64,000 nt of DNA, from contig NC_043017.1 of assembly GCF_006345805.1 (NCBI RefSeq), forward strand, positions 16,368,001 through 16,432,000. The letters are read 5' to 3'. Source of the stretch: Octopus sinensis. Lineage: Eukaryota. Every line of letters starts with the position of its first letter. Within the stretch, counting starts at the first letter, position 1. Below, piece by piece: positions 12,425-25,987 of the stretch. The notes beneath the pieces were generated by a model. That model made no database searches and was not told where the DNA came from. It saw only the letters and a program-made list of their open reading frames with translations. The position numbers and the translations under genes were made by a program.

Positions 12425-12833
12425 AATTACGAATAGGGTATAATTTTTTTTTACTGGTATAATGCTTTTAAGATTAAAATACTAATGATGGCATGATATC
12501 TTCGCCTTTCAACTTGCTTCTACATGATATTTTAATCACCTGGGACTTCTATGCCAATAATTAATATGCTGTTTTCATTTTTTCATTTTTACAGTGAAAG
12601 CATAATGTCAATCTTGATAGTTGGTCACTTTTCTAAAGTTCCATTGTCATTTTCTAACAGAGATATAAGTTCTTGTGCCAAAGAGTTTCCATCTGAAGGA
12701 ATCTAAAATCGTGGTATGACGTTTATGCAACAGTTCTGCTTCGCAAATAGATATCCGAGTATATTTTATCAGAGATATTATATAAAAATCCTACTCCAAT
12801 GTGGTTGTATTGTCTCGCAAAATGATTTGCAAG

Positions 12834-13207
12834 TACCTATTTCTTTATTACCCACAAGGGGCTAAACATAGAGGGAACAAACAAGGACAGACATAGGTAT
12901 TAAGTCGATTACATCGACCCCAGTGCGTAACTGGTACTTAATTTATCGACCCCGAAAGGATGAAAGGCAAAGTCGACCTCGGCGGAATTTGAACTCACAA
13001 CGTAACGGCAGGCGAAATACCTATTTCTTTATTACCCACAAGGGGCTAAACACAGAGGGGACAAACAAGGACAGACATAGGTATTAAGTTGATTACATCG
13101 ACCCCAGTGCGTAACTGGTACTTAATTTATCGACCCCGAAAGGATGAAAGCAAAGTCGACCTTAAGCATTTCGTCCGACGTGCTAACGGTTCTGCCAGCT
13201 CGTCGCC
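12834..13207 (-). mobile_element. SINE family A with duplicated 3' part
   Basis: Two consecutive bodies; head at about 13165-13207. Confidence 0.85.
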
Positions 13208-13599
13208 TTCAAATACTGTTACCTGGTTATTTGAAGTTTAGAGGATTCCATGAAATATGCAATTCCTTTAGAAATCTAACATTTCTTCTGGAGCGTTTAT
13301 GGCAATTCTTCATTTTCGGGGTCCTATGGAAGGGAAACTTAATTTAGAAGAAAAGTAATTTAATTAAACGAAATTTGTTATTTGCAATACTCGATTTACT
13401 TTTAATCGCTTGAACTCTTTTCAGATATCTTCAGAAAAATTATTACACTTTTCAGATATGTTCAGAAAAATTACTACATGAAAAAATACTACTGTATTGA
13501 AAAATTTACAACACCTTGTAGAATTTGCTCCGAAATAGGAAAACTTAACGTCTAATGAAAAATCAGTAACATATCTCTTTTGAGAAATTAGCTGCACTC

Positions 13600-15710
13600 G
13601 CGAGTGCATCAGCAAAAAGAATGGACTAACATATCAACCCAAGATATTGGAGATGAAGAATCACTGGATCCTGCTGACGTGGCTAATGAAGTGCTGTCTT
13701 AGAACCTAAACTGAAGCAAGTGGTTTTCTGCCAGAAAAAGTTTGTCAGTGTTCTTCACTCAAAATCAGCTGTATCAGCTATTTTCCTATTCAGAATCTTG
13801 ATGCCATTATATAAAAAGGTGAAGGCAAACTGGATGGACATTGTCATTATTTTAAAACTGCACTGCTTTATACTGTTCGTGACAATGGTGAGCATTGTTT
13901 GAAAAAGTGACTCCTGTATAGACCATCAAAGAATGCAGTTTATTGCTTTTGCTGTGACAGATTTTCCAGCAAAGATGGCTTTAACGATTGTGTTGCAGTT
14001 CAATATTTTATGTAAGGAATATTCTCGTGTTAACAGGAAGTTGAAAAAGCAAGAAATATCTCACTGAAATTTTGCGCTATGTTGTAGCTATGACAATATT
14101 TCCTGTTTAGAGGGGCCTGGCATTTAGTGGTAATGAAGAAATCATGGGATCTAAGCACAATGGGAATTTTGGGGTAATTATGGAGCTTAGTGCACAATTT
14201 AATCCATTCTTAATGGGTCGTTTGAAAACATTTGGCAATTCTGGAAGTGCTAAGCAATCGTGCTTATCACTAATATCAAGATATTGTTCTGTTGAATGCA
14301 AAATATGTGAATCATATTGTAGCAGAACCTCAATGTATTTGTCAGTTTCTGTAGACTTAACACCAGATGGCGCTCATGTTGATCAACTAACAATTATTGT
14401 GCGTTATGTTATTTCTGAAGAGCTGATAGAAAGGCTTTTAACTTTCCTGCAGACTGGTTCGAATTTTTAAAAAATAGGGAATAAGTTTTGAAGACTGCAG
14501 GTTCAGTCCCATGACAATGCCAATATGTCTTCACTACAAAGGAATACAAGCCAAGTTTAAGGAAAGGAATTTGACTACGGTTTTGATTCTCTAAGCAATT
14601 CACTCGGTGAATCTTATTGGACATGCTACTGCTTGTTGCTGGTTTGAAGCCTTTCGCTATTTTGGCTTCATACAAAGGTATACACCGTTTTTTTTTTCTA
14701 CGTTGACAGGAAAAAATTTAATGAAGTCTTTGGAAATAAATAAAATGGCTCTGTCTTTGAAGTCCTTGTCAGAAACGCGTTGGCCTGCAAGAGCATATGC
14801 TATTGAAACCCTCGTTGATGAATATAACTGCATTCAAAATGCACTCGGAAATATTGAAGAGGATTTAGAAGAAACACCTGAAGAAAGGTATGAACTCAGA
14901 CACTGGCAGACAAAATGGGTTATCTTGAAACTGTCCTAGTGTCTAAGATCTGGAATTTAATTCTTGTACGGCTTAACAGCAAAAATAAAGCTTTTCAAGG
15001 AATTGGAGTTGATCTGAATAAAATGGTGGATCTAATCGATTCTTTGGAAAATTTTTGAAATCACATTGGGGTAGGTATGGAGAGTTGGAACTGGATATCA
15101 GGAACATGCGTGGAAACACAAACTATAAAGTAACGACAAAGAGAGCAAGGAAGAGAAACAAACACGATGTAAACCTTACATTAACCTCGGGACATCCAAT
15201 GTCCTTTTAGACTAGTTTTTTTTGTCGCTTTATAAGAATACAAGGCAACCCATCAATCAGTGCATGGCAAGTTCAGAGTTATAGTGAACTTATGTAGTTT
15301 ATCAGATGCGGAAATAAAAACTGAAACTGAGAAAGCCCCACCTAGTAAGGTGTATTTTGCAGCCTTTCCTAAGCTCAGGTCATGTTTTGCCCCATCTCAT
15401 CAGGCACTTTCAATCCACAATAAAGGACTTACTAAAACTTTGCCAACTGTTGATGTATTTCTTAGGATATATTTGAGCTTGATGGCAATTAGTTTTTCTT
15501 TCAGTAAGTAGGGAACGATAATGAATAATCTGAGAAGCACGAGGACGCATGAAATACTAAGAATTCCACGCTGTTTGGACGTAGAGAATAGTGTTCTAAA
15601 AATGATGCAGTTAGAAGAAATCATTAAAGATTTTTCAGATGCTAAGTTTAGAAAGGAAGAAAATCTTGCTATACGTAATTTAGATAACAAAATATTCTAT
15701 TCTGTGTGGT
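13600..15710 (+). mobile_element. Degenerate hAT transposase (ZMYM1/DUF4371-like)
   Basis: HNGNFGVIMELSAQFNPFL, VDLTPDGAHVDQLTIIVRYV, LKSLSETRW and LPTVDVFLRIYLSL segments; many stops and frameshifts. Confidence 0.75.
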
Positions 15711-17217
15711 AACTAGTCAATTTCAACTACATGCAACAGAGAGATTTTATATATATTTGTAGTGACGTCATATTCCAGTGTGCGCACACGCAACGTCATT
15801 CTTCAGTGTGCGTGTGCGGAACGTCCTTCTTCAGTGTGCGTGTGCGGGGTTGGAACCTTCTGGAACCTTCTGGAAAGGCATAAGGAAGTTCCCTCATGCA
15901 CATGCGCTAGAGACTGAAGAAGAAATTCTATAGCGTTCCTTAATAGCGTCGGGGACTTGAGACACGGCGATAGAAGAGAAAGGACGTATATTTTAAACCT
16001 GTGATCAGCCTATTCTCCTGTCCCAGACGCTTAGGATTTAACCTGTTCTATTAATGCTGAATTGTTGTAAGAATGGATACCAGTATACCATCGTGTTTCA
16101 TTGTTAAATAAGAAAATAAAGAATTGTATATATTTATAAACTTGCGTTTCGTTCCTGACTGGTAGTTTCTAGAAACAAAAAGAAAGGAAATTGTGTTGCA
16201 CCCAAGTTGCACCCCAAAAGTGTAAAGAAGCAACCAGTTCCCTTTACATATTTATACATCTGCCCCTATTCCTTTTATCTTGGTAGCTAGTGATGAAAAC
16301 TCATTTCTCTCGCAAAATACTTCATGCTTTTTCCAGAGATTTAACAAAGCTTATTTCTCCTTTTTCGAGATCAGCGACAGTTTGTCGCCGGAAAAAGCAA
16401 ACAGTATTTTGCGAATGGAATGATTTCTCATCACTAACTGGTGATTAACACACCCTGAAGACAGGTAACCACTCAGAAACCAGATTCCGTAAGGCTAGAG
16501 ATGGGGGCGATGATCTCCCCTTGCAAATACTAATCGGACACAGAACGTGTGTCGTTAGGAAGACATGTCCTCCTGGGGCTATAAATATCAGTAGCACTGC
16601 CCTGTATAGCATGCCACACTTGGTTGGCAATTATATATTAAGATATACATATAACAGATCAAGATTTGAGTGATAAGGTACCAGGTCGAGTGGAAGAATA
16701 AAGTGTGTACACAACAAATAAATACATTAAGACGTAAATAGCTGGGTGACCTTTGTATTTAATCACAAAACCTCTTGCCGGATAGAAGTAGAAGATAAAA
16801 GAAGCTAACTCTATCTTAATTGTAGTGGGGAGACTCTTCACTATCTGATACCCCCACTTCATCCTCTAATCTCCTTCATTACTACAAATCTTCGTTACCC
16901 CCAAACCTTCGTTACCTCCTATTCACGTCTGACATCACGTTATTTTCTCCTATAATACTATCAAACTGAACTAACAAATTCATTTTTATGATCAGCAAAG
17001 GTGTTAGAATCATGAAGTTGTACAAAATGTTGGCTTTTGAATATTTTTTAATGTTGCTGTTCTTGTACTCACCCGATGAAAACGGTTTTTTTCTAATGAT
17101 GTAATGTTTCCATTAATCAATTAAAAATTCGATAAGCACTCGATGCACATACATAAAGAATCACACACACTCTTGATCAATATTTTATTAATTTTTATGA
17201 TGATTCTTCTTTTCTAG

Positions 17218-17326
17218 TTTTGTACATAACGGGACATTGCTGGAATGTGACGAAAAATCGTGGGATTCGAGTTTTGATCTTAACGTAAAAAGTGTTTATC
17301 GCGTTTGCTCAGCGTTTATTCCTAAG
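17218..17326 (+). CDS. BDH2: BDH2 exon 4 (FVHNGTLLECDEKSWDSSFDLNVKSVYRVCSAFIPK)
   Basis: TTTTCTAG acceptor, GTGCGT donor; matches human [25 protein letters not shown]. Confidence 0.95.
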
Positions 17327-17879
17327 GTGCGTTTATTTCTTTGTATGTTTTAAAGATTTTAATCTGATTTTAGCAGTGGTGGTCATGTATATTTTACATT
17401 ATCCGCTTCTGATGAGTTGACATGACACTTGTGAGCATAAATTCCAGAGGCAAGATTGTCTCTCTGCTTTATATAATCCCCTGGCCGTTGAGTGTCATTA
17501 GCTATGTTCAGTGCCAAGCATTCGGAATAGGCCGCGCATTTTTTCAGGCTTGGATGTCCTGCAAACGATCATCGGCACTGTTCATTTTTTTTTGACAAAT
17601 GACATTAACAATGGTTGATCGTTAATTAGAAGCGATATATGAGTGTATTTTTTAAAATTGATTTGTTTCATTCATTTGACTTCGGCCATAGCGGGGCACC
17701 GCCTTGAAGGGTGTTAATCGAACGAACCGACTCCAGGTTAATTCTTTTATGCCTAGTACTTATTATATCGGTCTCGTTGTCGAACCGCTATGTTACGGGG
17801 ACGTAAATACACCAACACCGGTTGTCAAGCGGTGGTAGGGGACAAACACAGACACAAAGATACACACACACACATCATC

Positions 17880-18290
17880 ATCATCATCATCAGCTGCCCC
17901 AGAATGTCTACGAGACCCTACCTGCCCCTGAGGCATGATACAGATGCAAAGACTATTTGCAATGTTATCCGAAGGAACTACCCCTCTGATGTATGCATCA
18001 AAGGCTTATGGAAACCAGCCGGTATTCCCACCTTTAAAAACAAAGAATACTGGTGGAACACCCCAAAAGAAACATCAATTCGGTTCAAACATAACAGACC
18101 TGATATTGTTCTGTGGGACAGGGAACAAAAGTTATGCACAGCTGTAGGGGTCAGCTGTCCAATAAATGTTAATGTATAATGAAAAGTCATGGTAAAAGGG
18201 AACATTTATGGCGAATCAATGCAGAACCTACAGATCTTGTGCCCTGACTGTGAATTCTCACTTGTACCTATCGTCATAGGTGCAAGTAGT
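17880..18290 (+). mobile_element. RLE-type LINE endonuclease remnant
   Basis: HNRPDIVLWDREQKLCTAVGVSCP and VPIVIGA motifs. Confidence 0.65.
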
Positions 18291-18299
18291 GACAAATTT

Positions 18300-18950
18300 C
18301 TACTATAAACTTTATCTTTGAAGAATCTTATAAAAGTCTAATGGTGTGAAGTCCGTTGACCTCGACAGGTATTTTGCTGAACATCTTCGTCTAATCCATC
18401 TTGCTGGAAATAAACTTTATATCATCAATGTTCCCTTGAATGCTTGGTATGAAAGATTTGCAAAAAAAAAGAAAGATTAATCCTTTTGACGATAAGCCGC
18501 ACCATAGTGTAATTCCTGGTAAATTACCATGATGTTCCTCCGTAGATTCTATATAGATTCTATGGATCTCTGTATGGGTAACTGATGTAATTAATCGAGT
18601 CGCTTAATATAAATGTAGTCTCCTCACTCCAAACAATCTTTGATGGAAAGTGTGAATCTTCTACAAGTCTTGCCAAGTATCGCTCACAAAACTCCATATT
18701 TCGGTACGGATCAATCTTCGCAGAGAGCATGGATATTCTTAGAATATGACCTTCCCTAAAACAGCGCTTCAAATTGCGACGGAGGCTTGATATTACTATC
18801 TCCAGATTCACTTTTGCCGCACAAACCCTTTTTCTTCTCTTTAGCAATACGTTTCTGGTACCCTTTCTAGTACTCTTTCTAGTACCCTTTCTACTGTTGC
18901 GGAGCTCGTCGATATCCGTGGACTTCCGGAATGTTTCTTGTGGGTATTCT
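18300..18950 (-). mobile_element. Tc1/mariner-superfamily DDE transposase remnant
   Basis: FCERYL...IVWSEETTF, VWCGLSSKG, QQDG and STDFTPLDFY segments. Confidence 0.65.
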
Positions 18951-19140
18951 TAAACTTATTTCTAAGTTGAGAGATAAGTGGCGTTAGTGGATTTGTTTGG
19001 AACTACCCCCCCCACTTAACTGTCTTCGCACTTCAACTGCATTTTCAATCCTCCAGTGGTACTTTAGGATAAATGTCTGATCTTCAAAACTTAGTCTGGC
19101 TTCCTTCATTATTTCTAATGCGTTGAATTATTTCTAATGC

Positions 19141-19547
19141 GTGGCTGTGTGGTAAGTAGCTTGTTTACCAACCACATGGTTCCGGGTTCAGTCCCACTGC
19201 GTGGCACCTTGGGCAAGTGTCTTCTACTATAGCCTCGGGCCGACCAAAGCTTTGTGAGTGGATTTGGTAGACGGAAACTGAAAGAAGCCCGTCGTATATA
19301 TGTATATATATGTATGCGTGTCTATGTTTGTGTGTCTGTGTTTGTCCCCCTAGCATTGCTTGACAGCCGATGCTGGTGTGTTTATATCCCCGTTACTTAG
19401 CGGTTCGGCAAAAGAGACCGATAGAATAAGTACTGGGCTTACAAAAGAATAAGTCCCGGGGTCGAGTTGCTCGATTAAAGGCGGTGCTCCAGCATGGCTG
19501 CAGTCAAATGACTGAAACAAGTAATAGAGTAATAGAGAATAGAGTAA
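19141..19547 (+). mobile_element. tRNA-derived SINE family B
   Basis: GTGGCTGTGTGGTAAG A-box, GGTTCAGTCCC B-box, internal TA/TG microsatellite, AGAGTA-type tail. Confidence 0.85.
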
Positions 19548-19702
19548 TCTAAAAAAAAAAAAAATTAAGTGGGTTATCAGTTGTTAAAGTGTGTATACAT
19601 GTTTAGGACACCCGGTGTGTGCGTGTGTGTGTGTGTGTGTGCGTGTGCATGTGCGTGCATGTGTGTGTGTGTTGATATAATCGTTAGAGTGTTAGAATAT
19701 CT

Positions 19703-19862
19703 TATTTCTTTACTGCCCACAAGGGGCTAAACACAGAGGGGACAAACAAGGACAGACAAACGGATTAAGTCGATTACATCGACCCCAGTGCGAAACGGTA
19801 CTTTATTTATCGACCTCGAAAGGATGAAAGGTAAAGTCGACCTCGGCGGAATTTGAACTCAG
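19703..19862 (-). mobile_element. 5'-truncated SINE family A with 16-bp target-site duplication
   Basis: AGAGTGTTAGAATATC at 19686-19701 and 19861-19876. Confidence 0.85.
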
Positions 19863-20223
19863 AGTGTTAGAATATCGAGCAGTGTTTGGTCCAAGTCGTT
19901 GCAATCCGAGTTCAAATCTCCCCTAAGTCAGTTTTATCTTTCATCTCTTTGGCTTCGATAAAAAAAAAGTACTAATCCAAGTCGATGGAGTGGCGGAAAT
20001 GCCAGGGGATTAGGTAAGGTACTCTGGTTCGTTGCCTTTTAACAGTAGCGGCACGAAAATATTGGGGCACAGCTTTATCGCCCCAAGCTGGTGGCCTTTC
20101 CTTGGAAAAATATCACCGGCGGGGAGAGGAAGGGCGTGTATACTGGGTAACAGCTGATCAGCTAAAGAAAAATCCCGCAAAGGAAAACTTACATGTGCAG
20201 ATACGATGCACACATTGATCAAT

Positions 20224-20254
<31 letters not shown>

Positions 20255-20288
20255 CTGTGTGTCTGTGCGCGCGTATATATATATATAT

Positions 20289-20325
<37 letters not shown>

Positions 20326-20332
<7 letters not shown>

Positions 20333-20409
20333 ATGTCACAAAGGAAAACTTACATGTACACATGCACACGTTGATTGATTATTATATACATACATATACA
20401 TACATACAT

Positions 20410-20464
<55 letters not shown>

Positions 20465-20506
20465 CACACATACTACATACATATATATATATGTATATAT
20501 ATATAG

Positions 20507-20539
<33 letters not shown>

Positions 20540-21153
20540 TATATATATATATATTATATATATATATATATAATATATATATATGTGTATGCATGTATGT
20601 ATGTATGTATGTATGTATGTATATGTATATACACACGACTGCATTGATCTCTATATTAAACACACATAGATTAGGTTGTTGCAAACATACCGAAACTTGA
20701 CAGCTGAACTTTGTGCAAATATTATTTTTGCATGATAAGGGGATTCTTATCTTTCATGAGGTCTACTTCTTAAACAACTACATTTATAACAGATAAGCGC
20801 ATTTTTATTACTAGTAATGTATGTGTAAGGGAAGGGGGTGCATGTGTGTGCGCACGCGTGTGTATAATACAAATATATCATATCTATACACATATATATA
20901 TTTTGTTGTGGAAGGATTCCGACGACCTCTCATGTGACTAAAAGGTGAACTGACTCATTGTTATAAAAGAAAGAATTGCGTGCGATTGGGAGTTCGTGTT
21001 GGTAGCCGTTCACTGCGAACCTTTGATATAGAGCGTTGAGTCTCGTGTAATAGTAATAGTAGTACGTCGTGTATACACTTTCTTCGCCCCTGCTCCATTA
21101 TATTATATATCCTTGTCTTGGATATAAAACATTTACATAAATATGTGTTTACG

Positions 21154-21202
<49 letters not shown>

Positions 21203-21288
21203 ATGTCACAAAGGAAAACTTACATGTACACATGCACACGTTGATTGATTATTTATATACATACATATACATACATACATACATACAT

Positions 21289-21343
<55 letters not shown>

Positions 21344-21387
21344 CACACATACATACATACATATATATATATGTATATATATATATG

Positions 21388-21456
<69 letters not shown>

Positions 21457-22031
21457 TATATGTGTATGTATGTATGTATGTATGTATGTATGTATGTATA
21501 TGTATATACACACGACTGCATTGATCTCTATATTAAACACACATAGATTAGGTTGTTGCAAACATACCGAAACTTGACAGCTGAACTTTGTGCAAATATT
21601 ATTTTTGCATGATAAGGGGATTCTTATCTTTCATGAGGTCTACTTCTTAAACAACTACATTTATAACAGATAAGCGCATTTTTATTTACTAGTAATGTAT
21701 GTGTAAGGGAAGGGGGTGCATGTGTGTGCGCACGCGTGTGTATAATACAAATATATCATATCTATACACATATATATATTTTGTTGTGGAAGGATTCCGA
21801 CGACCTCTCATGTGACTAAAAGGTGAACTGACTCATTGTTATAAAAGAAAGAATTGCGTGCGATTGGGAGTTCGTGTTGGTAGCCGTTCACTGCGAACCT
21901 TTGATATAGAGCGTTGAGTCTCGTGTAATAGTAATAGTAGTACGTCGTGTATACACTTTCTTCGCCCCTGCTCCATTATATTATATATCCTTGTCTTGGA
22001 TATAAAACATTTACATAAATATGTGTTTACG

Positions 22032-22060
<29 letters not shown>
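20326..22060 (+). repeat. Tandem duplication of a unit of about 870 bp
   Basis: AAATGTCACA at 20331 and 21201; unique sequence essentially identical, only microsatellite lengths differ. Confidence 0.92.
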
Positions 22061-22064
<4 letters not shown>

Positions 22065-22309
22065 CAAAATGGGACAAAAACGCAAAACATCAGTGGCGTA
22101 CGTACACTTTGTTCTCTTATATAGTGGCTGCCCCCTCATTATCGAGTATGGCCATTGCACGAAGCTTAATCAATGTTGTTATCGTGCAATGCCTGTGCAA
22201 GAAGATTTTTTTTAAAGTGAGGAAAGGCTGTGCACTGAGTCAATCCCACTCACTAAGCAACAGCAGCCATAATCCGAAAAGAAGAACAAGTCAACATTAT
22301 CGGTAACCA

Positions 22310-22625
22310 CTGAGCCGCAGGTTTTATGTCGGAGTTATCCCAGTTACCTGAGTTACCTTCTCCTAGAAGGATGCCCTAACAAAGGCTAGGAGTCCTTCAC
22401 TCCCAGTGGTTTAACCGCGCGATCGGGTATTCAGTCCGATTATTTCTATGTCCCCGCGCATGATACAGCCTTAAGACATTTATTGGATGGCCGTTGACTC
22501 TCAAGAGTTCTTCCGCCCTTTGACGGGTTTTGTTCTTCACCCCGCAGGGTGTCCAATAAACACCCTCCTCACCAAGCAAGCTTGGTGGGGTTGCCGGTTT
22601 AGTCGCCGATGACCCGACCATGTTC
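22310..22625 (-). mobile_element. Probable LINE (RTE-like) 5' region fragment
   Basis: GC-richer block resembling RTE 5' untranslated regions; recall only. Confidence 0.4.
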
Positions 22626-24065
22626 TCTTATATATATATATATATATTATATATATATATATATTATATCAACAATTGAGGGTAAAATTAATTAATTAAT
22701 CAATTTCACCAAGTGTTCAGTATGTAAAAGGACCATTTAAGGCGAATTCAAAATATTACATTATATAATTAGGCTCCCATTTACTAAGCCCTAATTATAT
22801 AATATATATATTATATTATATTAAATTAGAGATAAAACTACTATTAGGCAAATCAAACAATGAAAAACTTAAGCCAATGCATAAAATTAATTAATTGAAA
22901 TTATTTTAAATATATATCAAAAGTATTAAAAGATTAAAAGATAATGATTAAAACACTACGATCGTTTCATGGCTATCCAATTCGTAATAATTCGAGTTAT
23001 GGTTACAGTCAATCTCCAGGTGATTGAAATATCTAGAAATTATGTTAAAATCTGCCGTTCAAACCGAAAATATCCGGTCTTTCTACAATTCTGTGCAGAT
23101 CATGACGAATTCGACTAATTATATATACGCACATACACATATATGTACACAGACATGATATGATATGATATATATCCCTGGATCTTACATTCATATTATA
23201 CACACACATAGAACTATATACTTATTGCACATGCCGCTCCTTCCTACTTCCCCCAACAACCCGACTGATTTCCTAATCACCACGTGGTCTATTTCCTGTT
23301 CTTTCCCTGGTCAATTTCCTGTTCACCATGCGGTATTTTCCAACTAACTGTTACCAAGACACCGTGTGACCTTTCACTACCAATCGCAGCCCACCTTACG
23401 GTAATAACAATCAACTTTTGTCATTGAAATTTAAAATGGCTGATGACTAGCGTCACGCTTGAAACTCAAGAATACCAACGAATTTAAGTCAAACTGTTTT
23501 GATCAATATATACATATATGTATGTGTGTGTGATTATTTGCATATACATATTTGCATTTACATACACACAAACATACACACACATAATCCGGTAGTATTC
23601 GTAAAAAGCTGTTTAGTTTGTCATTGTACAAACCATTTAGAGTATATTAGTAATATACATAAGAAAACAAAAAGGGAGAGTATAAAGATATAAATGATGG
23701 GGAAATAAACATCAAAATATCACAATTTGTTTCAGTAGCCTCAAAACGTGTAAACACCTCATAAATAGGGTACGTACATGTCTACATTAATGCGTAATGC
23801 GAAAAGTCCATTAAAGATAATACAGAATTTGGGCTACTAAATACACTTTCTCAACTTTATACATTAAGTCGAGAAGGTGGATTTAACGATTAACCTTTTT
23901 TCCGCATTACCTTCTCCATTACCTTCAATAAACTTATTTGTTATTAAATACGATAATATGAGCTAATTACATGTTTTGGTACTACTGAAACAAATTTTGT
24001 CGTGATATTTTGATGTTTATTCTTAAATAATGTTCATCATAATATTTCTCTCCCATTTATATCTT

Positions 24066-24371
24066 TACTAGCAGTATCGCCCGGCGTTGCTCGGGTTTGT
24101 AAGGGAAATAACTATATAAGCATTTTTAGAGAGTTACTTCCCTTATATAAACCGAGCAAAAAATGCATTAAAAATGCGGAAAATGATGACAAATTTTTTT
24201 TAAATCGTAGACTCATCGTAGACGCGCGCTAATACCCAGAAGGGCTCGATATGAATCACGACTATAAGATACCCGGTTTTGGTTAAACTGCACCGCAAAA
24301 TGTGGGAGTAGTTAGGAATCTAAATCGGAGGAGACAGACACACACACAACTTCAGTTTTATAAATAAAGAT
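24066..24371 (+). mobile_element. Helitron-like element, family E
   Basis: Same TACTAGC 5' end; ...TAAAGAT 3' end. Confidence 0.6.
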
Positions 24372-25923
24372 ATGCATAATTCGTATTCTTATCTTACATG
24401 TATTGAATTATAATGTATATATGTATGCTATTAAGGTTCTCATTTTGTTAAATGAATAAATAATCCAACATTATAATATCCAAAAGTTGATGAACAAACT
24501 AAATTTGCTTCTCCATTTTCTTATTTGCATTATAAATTTACGGTAAAAATATTTCTTTACCTTCACCCGTTTAATACAATAGATGAGTTAACTGCATTGC
24601 AATTAAAACATTAAGAATCTGGGTACTTTACCAACAGTATATTGGATAAATACTATCCCATAGTGGGTTACACCCATAGCCCCTATCTTACTTTGTATTA
24701 TATATATATATATACATACATACATACATATACATACATACATACATACATACATACATACATACATACATACATACATACATAGGCAAATTTGTTGTTG
24801 AAAATGCACCTAAATTTGAAAAACTTGTAATTGTTCAAAATAAATTTATTTACATATATACCAATCTAGTTTCAACAATATTTTTTTGTTTATCAATGGT
24901 AAAAATTTAGAATTATGAATTAGAAAAACATATTTAAAAAGGTTATCAATGTTGACAAGATTAAATGTTCATAACAAATTTAGAATTATGAATTAGTAAA
25001 ACATGTTTAAAACTTTCGATGTTGACAAGTTTAAATGTTCATAGCAGTCAATAATATTAAAACTGTGCATCAATTTGTTTGAATGTACAAAGCTCATTAG
25101 TGTTAGTGATCGATAAGAAATGAATAGCATCAAAGTTTCAGTCATATTGAGTTAAGAGGGGAAAAACAAGGGAGAAATGAAGATAGTAAAAAAAAAAAGG
25201 GATTTGGTTTACAATTTCTTTGATCCTCTTTCCGTCGAGTGTAAGAACTTTCGCTTGTATATAATATAAGAGAAGGTGTATTTTCACGCAGGAAAAATAT
25301 AAGCAAATTTGTTGTTGAATTGGTACCTAAATTTGAAAAAATTGATATATATATATATATGAATAAAAAATGGAGTTAACGCAGGTGTAATCAAATATTT
25401 TTACTTTCGACACATGTTTCGAAAATTCCACTGATACTATTCAAAAGAATAAATGGTATAAACAATGCAATCTTCTCCTCAGGTAAAAATACACTCATCT
25501 ATATATATATATATATATATACATATAATGTAGGCAGATGTAAGCAATGTGTACCAAAAAGGAAAGCCATAACAGTCATTAAATAAGACCGAGGGTATAA
25601 GAAACACCTACATTGCTAGAAATAACAGCTAAACGCTCTAATGCTGCAGTCAAAGCACATAATAGTATATATACATGCTGACAGAGACTGTAATCGCTCG
25701 AAAAGCAGCGGTCGAAATATTCCTCGACTGATCGATCAGTTTCGTTTTTTTTTTTTTTTTGCCGTAGCCTCTTCAGTGGGATCGCCCGACTCGGATGTTC
25801 TCGAATGAAGATCACCGCCAGCATAGAATCTATAAATGATTTAACGAATCGTTTATACTCTCAAATATTACAAACTACTCGAAGAGAAATAACATTTCTT
25901 TGTAATTTTCATTTCATTTCCAG

Positions 25924-25987
25924 ATGATTCAGCAGGGAACCGGCGGAAGTATTGTTAATATGTCATCAGTAGCGTCCAGTGTCAAAG
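25924..25987 (+). CDS. BDH2: BDH2 exon 5 (MIQQGTGGSIVNMSSVASSVK-G)
   Basis: TTTCCAG acceptor, GTAATT donor; NMSSVASS motif with catalytic Ser. Confidence 0.95.

Noticed and set aside
15770-15850. CRISPR-like or satellite array
   Set aside because: Only three adjacent 27-bp repeats without spacers, in a eukaryotic context.
22310-22625. HDV-like ribozyme in the LINE 5' fragment
   Set aside because: Could not identify the nested double pseudoknot by eye; needs a descriptor search.
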